Shown here in pieces: positions 55,201-62,579 of a stretch of 64,000 bases of DNA (position 1 is the stretch's first letter; the number at the start of each line of letters is the position of its first letter). The DNA is taken from NCBI GenBank assembly GCA_029564765.1, contig JAKQPK010000050.1, positions 210,977-274,976 of the forward strand. Reading direction: 5' to 3'. The DNA comes from Candidatus Omnitrophota bacterium (GTDB lineage Bacteria; Omnitrophota; Gorgyraeia; Zapsychrales; Aceulaceae). Both the position numbers and the translations under genes were made by a program. Under the pieces are notes generated by a model. That model did no database searches, was not told where the DNA came from, and worked only from the letters and a program-made list of their open reading frames with translations.

Positions 55201-55422
55201 GCAAGGCCCTAAGCATCCGGTTTCCACAATATCGATCACGACACCATTTTTTTCTATTTTCTCCTGAAGCCGCTTCTTGATCTCCAACGCGCCGCTGGCA
55301 ATACATCCTCCTCCCGTGCAAATGAGGACTTCCTTGTATATGCTTCGCCTTGCCTTTTCTGCAACAGCGGCATCCTTGATGCGATCCAACTCTTTTAGTG
55401 ATGTGATCCTCTCAGTTAACAT
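52285..55422 (-). CDS. NuoF-like NAD(H)-binding hydrogenase subunit (HydB/HndC) fused to a GltD-like NAD(P)H:FAD oxidoreductase domain
   Basis: N-terminal Trx-like [2Fe-2S]. NuoF core GRGGAGFSTGMKWDF, ESCGKCVPCR. Two ferredoxin-like 4Fe-4S sites. C-terminal about 450 aa carry IAIIGAGPAGLSCAYFLA...VIVVGGGNAAIDASRSA (GltD/NfnB/SudA-type). Confidence 0.8.
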   Translation of the reverse strand: MLTERITSLKELDRIKDAAVAEKARRSIYKEVLICTGGGCIASGALEIKKRLQEKIEKNGVVIDIVETGCLGPCAKGPVMVVNPGHVFYENVSLQDVDQIFEEHLFKGKVVERLLHRNYETNQAVQDIKDVDFFKRQTKVVLRHCGTIDPQNIVDYIRVDGYQALAKALTSLTADQIIDEVKRSGLRGRGGAGFSTGMKWDFARKALGDVKYVICNADEGDPGAFMNRSVLEGDPHSVIEGMMIAALAIGAKQGFVYVRAEYPLAVSRLMKAIEQARACGLLGDKILGTDFSFDLDIRMGSGAFVCGEETALMASLEGKRGEPRPRPPFPAIKGLWGKPSLLNNVETYVNVPVILLKGADWFASMGSEKSKGTKVFALAGAVNNTGLVEVPIGTSLGELIYDIGGGIKNGKEFKAAQIGGPSGGCIPKQHLNVPLDYDTLVELGAIMGSGGLIVMDDDSCIVDVARFFLEFVQDESCGKCVPCRVGSKRMLEILEKICRGEGEPADLKKLVELGEGIKDSALCGLGYTSANPVRSTLRHFPKEYEEHIRDKHCEAGVCPDLVRAPCQSACPAGVDVPGFVALTGEERYAEALKLHRERNPFAAVCARVCFHTCEDKCRRATLDTSVSIRGVKRFMVDQEIVVQIPEMHQNEKNATKKIAIIGAGPAGLSCAYFLARLGYRPKVFEKEMRPGGMLVQTIPAYRLPRETLAREIRMIEQLGVDIETGKALGRDFTIESLKKHGYEAIFVAVGAPESVRLGLDGEDAQGVVDALDFLRTYNIRGSVPVGKKVIVVGGGNAAIDASRSALRLGAQEVTVIYRRSQNEMPAYAEEVDEAVHEGVKILPLTHPIEIKKDKNGKVCGLKCIHMKLGDFDQTGRRRPTANTEDVFDIETDQVIVAIGQKMDAKKILDGSVVKLSEKSFIIADPVSGKTSAEGIFAGGDVATGPSSVVMAIASGERAAVGIDQYLTGEAHAFWRKQKETKVDFDPDADPVPYPREPLRLIDVARRKHNFDEVEQSWNEGVARRQAKRCLRCDYGKCVEQKGGQA

Positions 55423-55979
55423 GCCGCAGCCTCCTGTGTCGGTTGTTTCGCGTCACGATACGCGCCCAAAAGCTCTTTGATCTTCGCCGGCTTAACGCGT
55501 TGGTGCACATCATCGTTGATCATGACAACGGGGGCTAAGCCGCAAGCCCCAAAACAACGCCCAACCTCAAGAGAAAACATCTTATCCTCGGTCGTTTCGC
55601 CAATATTAATCCCTAAGGTTTTCTGCATGGCAGATAAAACTTCCTTGCCTCCTCGAACATAACACGCGGTCCCTAGGCAAACACGTACCAAATTCTTTCC
55701 GCGAGGGTTTGTTGAAAAGAAAGAATAAAAAGAAACAACACCAGCCACCTGGCTATAAGGAATATGTAGTCGCTCACCGATACGGCGTAGGACATTTTTC
55801 GGAAGATATCCAAACAAATTCTGAGCAGCCTGCAAGATGGGGATCAACGCGCCATCCGTAGATTGATACGTATCAATGATCACGTCTAATCGCTTGAGCA
55901 TCTCGCTTTCTGAAAGCTCGCTGCAACCGCAGGAAGCTGTGGGTGGATTCTCTGACGGGTTCTGATGTGCTTGCTTCAC
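55416..55979 (-). CDS. NuoE-like [2Fe-2S] thioredoxin-fold hydrogenase subunit (HydC/HndA)
   Basis: CLGTACYVRGG...CFGACGLAPVVMIND. GTG start with AGGAGG 4 nt upstream. Overlaps the start of the NuoF-GltD gene by 7 nt. Confidence 0.75.
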   Translation of the reverse strand: MKQAHQNPSENPPTASCGCSELSESEMLKRLDVIIDTYQSTDGALIPILQAAQNLFGYLPKNVLRRIGERLHIPYSQVAGVVSFYSFFSTNPRGKNLVRVCLGTACYVRGGKEVLSAMQKTLGINIGETTEDKMFSLEVGRCFGACGLAPVVMINDDVHQRVKPAKIKELLGAYRDAKQPTQEAAAC

Positions 55980-56006
55980 GGGACCTCCTTTATATAAATG
56001 CCTATC

Positions 56007-56042
56007 AAAAGAAAAACCGGTTTACCGTTACCGATAAACCGG
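56007..56042 (-). terminator. Strong intrinsic terminator between the regulatory module and the hydC-hydB/gltD-hydA genes (candidate attenuator)
   Basis: Minus strand CCGGUUUAUCG-guaa-CGGUAAACCGG (11-bp stem incl. one G-U, GNRA-like loop, 56017-56042), then UUUUUCUUUU. Only about 17 nt separate the U-tract from the hydC SD. Confidence 0.65.
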
Positions 56043-56137
56043 AAAAAATAACTGCTGACGATACGCGAAGGACGCTCTACGCAAACAATGCTCCGTTTCT
56101 GAATACGTGTTCATCTTTTCGTTTTTGTATAGGAAAC

Positions 56138-56170
56138 ATTATACATAAAATGCCATAAAGCAAAAAGATT
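56138..56170 (-). promoter_or_regulatory. Candidate promoter upstream of the terminator/leader
   Basis: Minus strand TGTATAAT (-10 hexamer at 56143-56138) with a weak T-rich -35 region. Would create an approximately 150-nt leader containing the terminator hairpin. Confidence 0.3.
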
Positions 56171-56211
56171 TTTTATTGATCACATTTTTAAGAAAATACA
56201 TGCAGGATCAT

Positions 56212-56934
56212 TTACGTTAAACGGATCACGACTTTCTTTTGATTCAAGGCTTGTTTTAAATGTGCCAACGATAATGTTGGCATCTCGATCTCGTTATAGA
56301 CACAGCCAATGTCTTTCGGTAAATGCGCATCCGAGCTTGACACAAGGGCGTAGGGATGCTGTCCTAGGTCGACTGCGCTGCACTGCGCATGATACACCTC
56401 CAAGGCATCAACGATCGGCTCCGCGGGAATAAAACCAAGCTGGGAAACAAGGCCAAAGACCATCCGGTCGACATGCGCCGGAATGATCAGGCCGTTGCGC
56501 TTCCTGACGCTGGCGCAAAGATCATAAAAGCTGATCGTCGTCGCGTTGCCAAGATATTTTTCAACAAAACCCAGCACCTCTTCCTCCTCATTCACATAAA
56601 CCTGATCCCCAAAGATCTCAGGCTGATTACGAACATCCGGTAAATGCGCTTCCACATAAGAACCAAACTCCTGGATCGTTTCAAGATCTTGAAAAAGACA
56701 AAGGACATGACATTCTTCGCGCGTTGTGACTTCTGCGCCTCCCAGGCAAAATAGATTTGATCGCTGACACAAAGAAAAGAAGGCAGGACAATTACGAGTA
56801 CAGTTGTGGTCCGTCAAAGCGATCAACGACATCCCCTTCTTAAGCGCGGCAGCAACAATGTTCTGAGGAGACATCTCCAGGCTCGCGCAAGGCGAAACGG
56901 TTGAATGAATATGAAAATCCGCCTTAACGCGCAT
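56212..56934 (-). CDS. PHP-domain (polymerase/histidinol-phosphatase-like) metal-dependent phosphoesterase
   Basis: ADFHIHSTVSPCAS...ALTDHN PHP motifs I and II; 240 aa. Confidence 0.7.
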   Translation of the reverse strand: MRVKADFHIHSTVSPCASLEMSPQNIVAAALKKGMSLIALTDHNCTRNCPAFFSLCQRSNLFCLGGAEVTTREECHVLCLFQDLETIQEFGSYVEAHLPDVRNQPEIFGDQVYVNEEEEVLGFVEKYLGNATTISFYDLCASVRKRNGLIIPAHVDRMVFGLVSQLGFIPAEPIVDALEVYHAQCSAVDLGQHPYALVSSSDAHLPKDIGCVYNEIEMPTLSLAHLKQALNQKKVVIRLT

Positions 56935-57268
56935 GATCCTTTGCCAGCAATTGGCCGATCAACACGGACAGGTCGAACTGATTAAGCGTTGAGCAAAAAA
57001 TCGCGATGCGTTCTTTTTTAGCGGCCTGCGCCATATCTTCGAGGATCTCGCGATCGTTGGCAATGATCAACGCGCGAATACCAACTAATTTCGCGACAGC
57101 GATCGTATTGATATGGGCCTGGATAGTGATGAGCACGTTATCTGCTGCGGCATGCGCCATCACATCACTCAAAAGATCTGAGGTATAACCTCCAGTAATC
57201 ACCGCGTCATCAAAATCTTCCTGGACAAGCTTCAGCTGCGCGCACCGTGTGAGGTCTTTAATGGTCAT
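56924..57268 (-). CDS. DRTGG-domain protein
   Basis: 114 aa; ...ITGGYTSDLLSDVM... pattern of the DRTGG family found in hydrogenase-linked regulatory clusters. Confidence 0.5.
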   Translation of the reverse strand: MTIKDLTRCAQLKLVQEDFDDAVITGGYTSDLLSDVMAHAAADNVLITIQAHINTIAVAKLVGIRALIIANDREILEDMAQAAKKERIAIFCSTLNQFDLSVLIGQLLAKDHAR

Positions 57269-58199
57269 GCTCTTCTCCTTTTTTATTCTTAAAATAAATA
57301 ACAGCCCGAACGGTCGTCCCTTTGCCTAAAGAGGATTGAAACTCAAATTCATCCGAAACCCGGCGGATATTCGCCAGCCCCATCCCCGCTCCAAAACCTA
57401 AGGATTTGATCCATTCGTTAGCGGTTGAATACCCTTCTTGAAGGGCAAGCTCTGGGTTTTCAATCCCAGGGGCTGCGTCCTTGGCGACGATCTCCGCGCG
57501 ATCTTGATCGATCGCGACCGTCAGCGTCCCTCCTTCAGAATGGACGGTAATATTGATCTCCATTTCGTACATCGCGACAGCGACGCGACGGATATCCCGA
57601 GGATCATGCTTGCGTTCTGTTAAAAGCTTTTTGATCCGGTTAGAGGCGATCCCGGCATGCTCAAAATCATACTTACGGATGCGAAACACTTTACGAAAAT
57701 TCTTGGCATCCACCGGCGCATTCTGAGCCAACATTTCTTCCATGCGCGAAACTTCTTTATTGATCGCCATGAGAAGCCCCACATTGATGTCGCGGCTTGT
57801 GATCATGCCGACCAAAAGATTATCCTTGTCCACAACAGGAAAACGCCCATACTTAAACTTATCAAAATAAGATATCGCGAACGCCAAAGGCATATCTTCT
57901 TCTAAGATCACCAACTTCTTGGACATATATTTCTCAGCTAACTCATCCATATAGCCATTATCAAGCGCCTTAAAAATATCATCAATGCTTAAAATGCCTA
58001 AAAGTCGGTCTTTTTTGACGATCGGAATGCCAGTCACATTCCTCTGTTTCATCAATGTTTTGATATGATGGAGCGTGTCTTGAGCGCAGGCAACGACCAG
58101 ATCGCGGCTCATGACATCCTTGATCTTCAGCTGATAGATCAGATCAAGGATCAATGACGCAGAATCTTCGGCCTTGATCGGGATGTTCTTATCGATCAT
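57258..58199 (-). CDS. CBS-pair domain fused to a GHKL (HATPase_c, RsbW-type anti-sigma Ser kinase-like) domain
   Basis: Two CBS motifs (IKDVMSRDLVV...GIPIV; GRFPVVDKDNLLVGMITSRD). C-terminal HSEGGTL...GFGAGMGLANIRRVSDEF G1/G2 ATP-lid motifs. Confidence 0.65.
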   Translation of the reverse strand: MIDKNIPIKAEDSASLILDLIYQLKIKDVMSRDLVVACAQDTLHHIKTLMKQRNVTGIPIVKKDRLLGILSIDDIFKALDNGYMDELAEKYMSKKLVILEEDMPLAFAISYFDKFKYGRFPVVDKDNLLVGMITSRDINVGLLMAINKEVSRMEEMLAQNAPVDAKNFRKVFRIRKYDFEHAGIASNRIKKLLTERKHDPRDIRRVAVAMYEMEINITVHSEGGTLTVAIDQDRAEIVAKDAAPGIENPELALQEGYSTANEWIKSLGFGAGMGLANIRRVSDEFEFQSSLGKGTTVRAVIYFKNKKGEEHDH

Positions 58200-58540
58200 G
58201 CCGCGTGCTCCTTAAGGCGATGAATGATGCCGCAGGTCTGAAAAGTGGAAAGCTTGGTCCTTAATAACGTAATATCGAATTCTTTTGCAGCAGCCTTCAT
58301 ATCCGCAGAGACTGGTTTTCCATTGACGATCACAACGCCGATGGCGCTGACGATATCCGCGGTCCGGATCGCCTGGGCGGTCGATAAAGACGTGATCAGG
58401 ATATCGATCTCATTATCGACCAATAACACATCGCTCATCAAATCTGAGGCGATAAACGATCTTAAATCTTTTGTCCCACCTTCTTTGCGCCGGTACAAAA
58501 TTTCACAATCTAGCTCTTTGATAAGCGTATCACCCTTCAT
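58196..58540 (-). CDS. DRTGG-domain protein (second copy)
   Basis: Start set at MKGDTLIKE (ATG 58540), which has AAGGAAAGAGG upstream and lies 5 nt past the Rex stop. Same family pattern as the 56924-57268 protein. Confidence 0.5.
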   Translation of the reverse strand: MKGDTLIKELDCEILYRRKEGGTKDLRSFIASDLMSDVLLVDNEIDILITSLSTAQAIRTADIVSAIGVVIVNGKPVSADMKAAAKEFDITLLRTKLSTFQTCGIIHRLKEHAA

Positions 58541-59192
58541 GAAGCAACCTCTTTCCTTTATGATAATCGTGGTCCTTGCTGAGCGCATTTACAAAATAAA
58601 ACAAATTCTCGATCTTAAGCTCAATATTAACCGTATCGACAACCGTCCCTTCAGCTTCTCGAATGTAAACTCTGGCAAAATTCAGAACACCTTTAATGCC
58701 CGCTGCCGCCATCTTCTCATAGATCGTCGCGCAGTCGTTCTCAGGGACAGCGATAATACCGACCTTGATCTGATTCTTTTTGACAAAATCTTCCATTCTT
58801 TCAAGCGGATAGATCGGGACCTTCGCGTCCGGGTCCCACTTAGCCTTGTTGATATCAAAACCCGCCATGATCTTTAATTTTTCTCCGTGGAAACCGTTAT
58901 ACTCAATGAGCGCGCGGCCAATATTGCCACAACCTACAACGATCACGCGCTGCTTTTTGTCGCCTACAAGGATATGATCCAGCTTATCGATCAGCGCATC
59001 CACGCTATAGCCTCCACGCTTATTGCCGGTGATCTTAAAAGCGGAGAAATCCTTGCGCACTTGTGATGATGCCAATCCTGTGGCGTCCCCAAGGTTATCG
59101 GAAAACACCTTCACAAGCCCAAGTTTTTTAAAATTCGTTAACGCGTTCTTATACTTAAGCAATCTTGATATGAATTCCTTACTCTCAGTCAC
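58530..59192 (-). CDS. rex: Redox-sensing transcriptional repressor Rex
   Basis: N-terminal wHTH plus Rossmann NADH site VVGCGNIGRAL; 220 aa. Confidence 0.85.
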   Translation of the reverse strand: MTESKEFISRLLKYKNALTNFKKLGLVKVFSDNLGDATGLASSQVRKDFSAFKITGNKRGGYSVDALIDKLDHILVGDKKQRVIVVGCGNIGRALIEYNGFHGEKLKIMAGFDINKAKWDPDAKVPIYPLERMEDFVKKNQIKVGIIAVPENDCATIYEKMAAAGIKGVLNFARVYIREAEGTVVDTVNIELKIENLFYFVNALSKDHDYHKGKRLLHEG

Positions 59193-59260
59193 ATAAACCT
59201 CCTTATTTCGTATATTTTATGTAATGATAGTATCATAATCTATTATGTTGTCAATTTAAA

Positions 59261-59276
59261 TGTTATTGTAATAACA
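59261..59276. promoter_or_regulatory. Candidate Rex operator
   Basis: TGTTATT-gt-AATAACA inverted repeat (context aaaTGTTATTGTAATAACAaaa), close to the clostridial-type Rex consensus TTGTTAA-N4-TTAACAA. Ends 11 bp before the -35 element of the plus-strand hyd promoter, in the divergent region shared with rex. Confidence 0.5.
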
Positions 59277-59287
59277 AAACATTTTTC

Positions 59288-59316
59288 TTGATTAATTACG
59301 CCCTTTCACTTATAAT
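59288..59316 (+). promoter_or_regulatory. Near-consensus sigma70 promoter of the plus-strand hydrogenase operon
   Basis: TTGATT (59288-59293), 17 nt, TATAAT (59311-59316); about 37 nt before the ATG at 59354. Confidence 0.55.
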
Positions 59317-59353
59317 TTCCCCTATTCTTAAGCGTTGTGATCAGGAGGATAAA

Positions 59354-59824
59354 ATGGAAACGATCAAAAACCTTGAACTAAAACCTTCCCTTATTGACTA
59401 TATCGCTCAATGGAGAGATAAACCAGGAAACCTTATCATGATCTTGCATAAGGCCCAAGAAGAATACGGGTTTATCCCTCGCGATGTCGCTTTCAAGCTT
59501 GCTGAAGTTCTGGATGTTCCTCTGGCAAAGATCTATGGCGTTATTACCTTCTATCATTTCTTTAAATTAGAAAAACGAGGAAAGAATATCATTAATGTCT
59601 GTATGGGTACAGCCTGTTATCTAAAAGGCGGTGAAGACATCATTAAAGAACTTGAGATCATTTTGGGTGTTGGCCTGAACACGGTCACGCCCGATGGAAA
59701 ATTTTCCGTTGAGGCTGTACGTTGTTTAGGCTGTTGCGGCTTGGCTCCGGTCGTATCGATTAACGGGACCGTTTATGGTAAGCTGTCCAAAAACCAGCTC
59801 CCAGAAATTCTTTCTAAGTATTAA
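59354..59824 (+). CDS. NuoE-like [2Fe-2S] hydrogenase subunit HydC
   Basis: CMGTACYLKGG...CLGCCGLAPVVSING. AGGAGG 6 nt upstream of the ATG; the ORF track starts 22 codons earlier. Confidence 0.8.
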   Translation: METIKNLELKPSLIDYIAQWRDKPGNLIMILHKAQEEYGFIPRDVAFKLAEVLDVPLAKIYGVITFYHFFKLEKRGKNIINVCMGTACYLKGGEDIIKELEIILGVGLNTVTPDGKFSVEAVRCLGCCGLAPVVSINGTVYGKLSKNQLPEILSKY

Positions 59825-59827
59825 ACA

Positions 59828-60370
59828 ATGCATTTAACGCTTTGTGATTTCTTAAGCGATATCGTTGAGAACGCGATCGCGTCAGACGCGACAATGATCA
59901 TCGTGGATGTGATTGAAAGCGAGGAAGAATTTCGCTTTCTGATCGCGGATAACGGGAAAGGGATGGACCCGGAAACGCTGTCAAAGGTACACAGCCCTTT
60001 TACGACCGATGGCAAAAAACACCATCGGCCCCAAGGATTTGGCGTGTCGTTTCTAGCGCAAGCGGCTGACCATGGTTGCGGGACATGGGATATTCGGTCT
60101 GAAAAAGACCTTGGGACGTCGGTCATGTTCACCTTTCTTAAGGCACATATCGACACTCCCCCGCTGGGTGATGTGACCCAAACGCTCTTGCAGCTCCTCG
60201 CCTTTGACGGAAAGCATGATCTGTTGATCAATCGATCGCGCAAGGACAGAAAATATTCTGTCCTTCGCAGTGATCTGATAAAAACTTTAAGCGATTTGTC
60301 TTGCGCTGGCAATCTAATGTTAGCTAAACGATACATTGATAGCCTTGAGCAAGACATCAAAAAAACATAG
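59828..60370 (+). CDS. GHKL-type (HATPase_c) ATP-binding protein encoded inside the hyd operon
   Basis: IADNGKGMD...GFGVSF G1/G2-like motifs. Position between hydC and the [2Fe-2S] gene, as in Thermoanaerobacter-type hydABCD operons. Confidence 0.5.
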   Translation: MHLTLCDFLSDIVENAIASDATMIIVDVIESEEEFRFLIADNGKGMDPETLSKVHSPFTTDGKKHHRPQGFGVSFLAQAADHGCGTWDIRSEKDLGTSVMFTFLKAHIDTPPLGDVTQTLLQLLAFDGKHDLLINRSRKDRKYSVLRSDLIKTLSDLSCAGNLMLAKRYIDSLEQDIKKT

Positions 60371-60379
60371 GAGTTATTT

Positions 60380-60769
60380 ATGGGTAAGCTGACACTCGAC
60401 GATCTGCGCAAGATGCGCGAATCACTGAAGAACGAAATGGACAAGCGTGACGGCGAAAAGGATATCCGCATCGTCGTTGGTATGGGCACATGCGGTATTG
60501 CCGCGGGAGCGAAAAAAACCCTAGAAGCTTTTATCGAAGACCTCGATAAGCGCAGTTTAAAAAACGTTTCGGTAAAACAGACTGGTTGCATGGGCAACTG
60601 TAATGTTGAACCAACGGTCGAGGTCTTCATGCCAGAGATGCCGGCAACGCTTTACGGAAACGTTTCCGCGGATGTCGCCCGCAAGATCGTCCAGAAACAC
60701 ATCCTTGAGAGGACACTGCTCAACGACCACATTCAAGACAAACCTTCTATCGATATTGTTAAACACTAA
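60380..60769 (+). CDS. Thioredoxin-like [2Fe-2S] ferredoxin subunit (HydD-like)
   Basis: VGMGTCGIAAGA...GCMGNCNVEP, four Cys of a Trx-like 2Fe-2S site; 129 aa. Confidence 0.65.
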   Translation: MGKLTLDDLRKMRESLKNEMDKRDGEKDIRIVVGMGTCGIAAGAKKTLEAFIEDLDKRSLKNVSVKQTGCMGNCNVEPTVEVFMPEMPATLYGNVSADVARKIVQKHILERTLLNDHIQDKPSIDIVKH

Positions 60770-60780
60770 AGAGGTTTTTT

Positions 60781-62577
60781 ATGCCCTATAAACATTATAT
60801 CCTGATCTGCGCTGGAACAGCTTGCGAGTCAAGCCACGCGCAGGAAATTCATGATAATTTTATCAAGGAGATCAAGGACCGTCAGCTGGAAAGCGACGTG
60901 CAAGTCGTTAAAACAGGCTGCTTTGGGTTTTGTGAGCAGGGCCCGATCGTCAAGATCCTCCCGGACAACGCGTTTTACGTCAAACTAAAGCCTGAAGACG
61001 TGAAAGAAATCGTTGATGAGAACATCATTAAAGGGCGCGTCGTGCAACGCCTTCTCTATAGCCCTAAAGAAGATAAAGGCCGTCATCAAATGACCGATGT
61101 CGCCAATATTGATTTTTATCAAAAACAGTTCCGCATTGTCCTCAGGAACTGTGGCATCATTGACCCGGAAAAGATCGATGAATATATCGCTCGAGATGGC
61201 TACAAAGCGCTGGAAAAAGTCCTCTTTGAAATGTCCCCAACTCAAGTTATCGATGAAGTTTCTCGGTCGGGGCTTCGCGGCCGCGGAGGCGCAGGCTTTC
61301 CGACAGGACTGAAGTGGTCTTTCACGCAAAAAACTTCTAGCGATGTGAAATACATTGTCTGTAATGCGGATGAGGGAGATCCTGGAGCTTACATGGATCG
61401 AAGCACTCTTGAGGGTGACCCTCATTCTATTTTAGAAGCCATGACCATCGCCGGATATGCGGTTGGCGCCCACAAAGGTTATATCTATATCCGCGCCGAA
61501 TATCCTCTAGCGATCGAACGGCTTAACATCGCGATCGGACAAGCGCGTGATTACGGCCTACTGGGTGAAAAAATACTCGGTAGTAATTTCGATTTTGACA
61601 TTGAGATACGCTTAGGGGCAGGAGCTTTTGTTTGCGGCGAAGAAACAGCCCTTCTAGCTTCTGTCGAGGGTGAGCGCGGGATGCCAAGGCCTCGGCCACC
61701 TTTTCCAGCCGTCAAAGGGCTCTGGGGTAAACCAACGGTCATCAATAATGTGGAGACTTGGGCCAATATCCCCGTTATCATTCTCAAAGGCGCTTCATGG
61801 TTCGCCAAGATCGGGACCGAAAGATCAAAAGGAACAAAAGTTTTTGCGTTAACCGGAAAGATCAATAATTCTGGCTTGATCGAAGTGCCGATGGGAACGA
61901 CCCTTCGCGAGATCATTTTTGATATCGGCGGCGGGATCAAGGACGGCAAACAATTTAAGGCCGCTCAAACCGGAGGGCCATCGGGTGGGGTTATCCCTGC
62001 AGAATTCCTCGATACGCCGATCGATTACGACAATTTAACAGCGATCGGTTCGATGATGGGTTCCGGCGGCATGATCGTCATGGACGAAGATGATTGTATC
62101 GTTGATATTACAAAGTTCTATCTGCAGTTCTCTGTTGATGAATCTTGCGGAAAATGCGCTCCCTGCCGTATCGGTGGCTATCAGCTTCTGAACCTGCTTG
62201 AGAAGATCACAAGTGGTCGAGGAGAAATGGCTGATTTGAACAAACTTTTTAAGATCTCCCAAGCCATGCAAAAAGCGTCGTTATGCGGGCTCGGGCAAAC
62301 GGCCAGTAATCCTGTTTTGTCGACGATGAAATATTTTGGTGAAGAATACCAAGAACACATCCAAAACAACAAATGCCGGGCTCGTAAATGTGCCCAGCTA
62401 TTAAAATTTGAGATCCTTCCAGAAAAATGCGTCAAATGCGGCCTGTGCGCTAAAGTATGTCCCGTGGGCGCTATTTCTGGCGACCGCGAAAAAGGCTATG
62501 TGATCGATCAAGCCAAATGCATTCGCTGCGGCCAATGCCTTGAACGGTGTAAATTCAAAGCTATCACACGAGGTTAA
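60781..62577 (+). CDS. NuoF-like NADH-binding flavoprotein subunit HydB
   Basis: N-terminal Trx-like 2Fe-2S. GRGGAGFPTGLKWSF (FMN/NADH). ESCGKCAPCR. Two C-terminal 4Fe-4S ferredoxin motifs (CVKCGLCAKVCP, CIRCGQCLERC). Confidence 0.85.
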   Translation: MPYKHYILICAGTACESSHAQEIHDNFIKEIKDRQLESDVQVVKTGCFGFCEQGPIVKILPDNAFYVKLKPEDVKEIVDENIIKGRVVQRLLYSPKEDKGRHQMTDVANIDFYQKQFRIVLRNCGIIDPEKIDEYIARDGYKALEKVLFEMSPTQVIDEVSRSGLRGRGGAGFPTGLKWSFTQKTSSDVKYIVCNADEGDPGAYMDRSTLEGDPHSILEAMTIAGYAVGAHKGYIYIRAEYPLAIERLNIAIGQARDYGLLGEKILGSNFDFDIEIRLGAGAFVCGEETALLASVEGERGMPRPRPPFPAVKGLWGKPTVINNVETWANIPVIILKGASWFAKIGTERSKGTKVFALTGKINNSGLIEVPMGTTLREIIFDIGGGIKDGKQFKAAQTGGPSGGVIPAEFLDTPIDYDNLTAIGSMMGSGGMIVMDEDDCIVDITKFYLQFSVDESCGKCAPCRIGGYQLLNLLEKITSGRGEMADLNKLFKISQAMQKASLCGLGQTASNPVLSTMKYFGEEYQEHIQNNKCRARKCAQLLKFEILPEKCVKCGLCAKVCPVGAISGDREKGYVIDQAKCIRCGQCLERCKFKAITRG

Positions 62578-62579
62578 TC

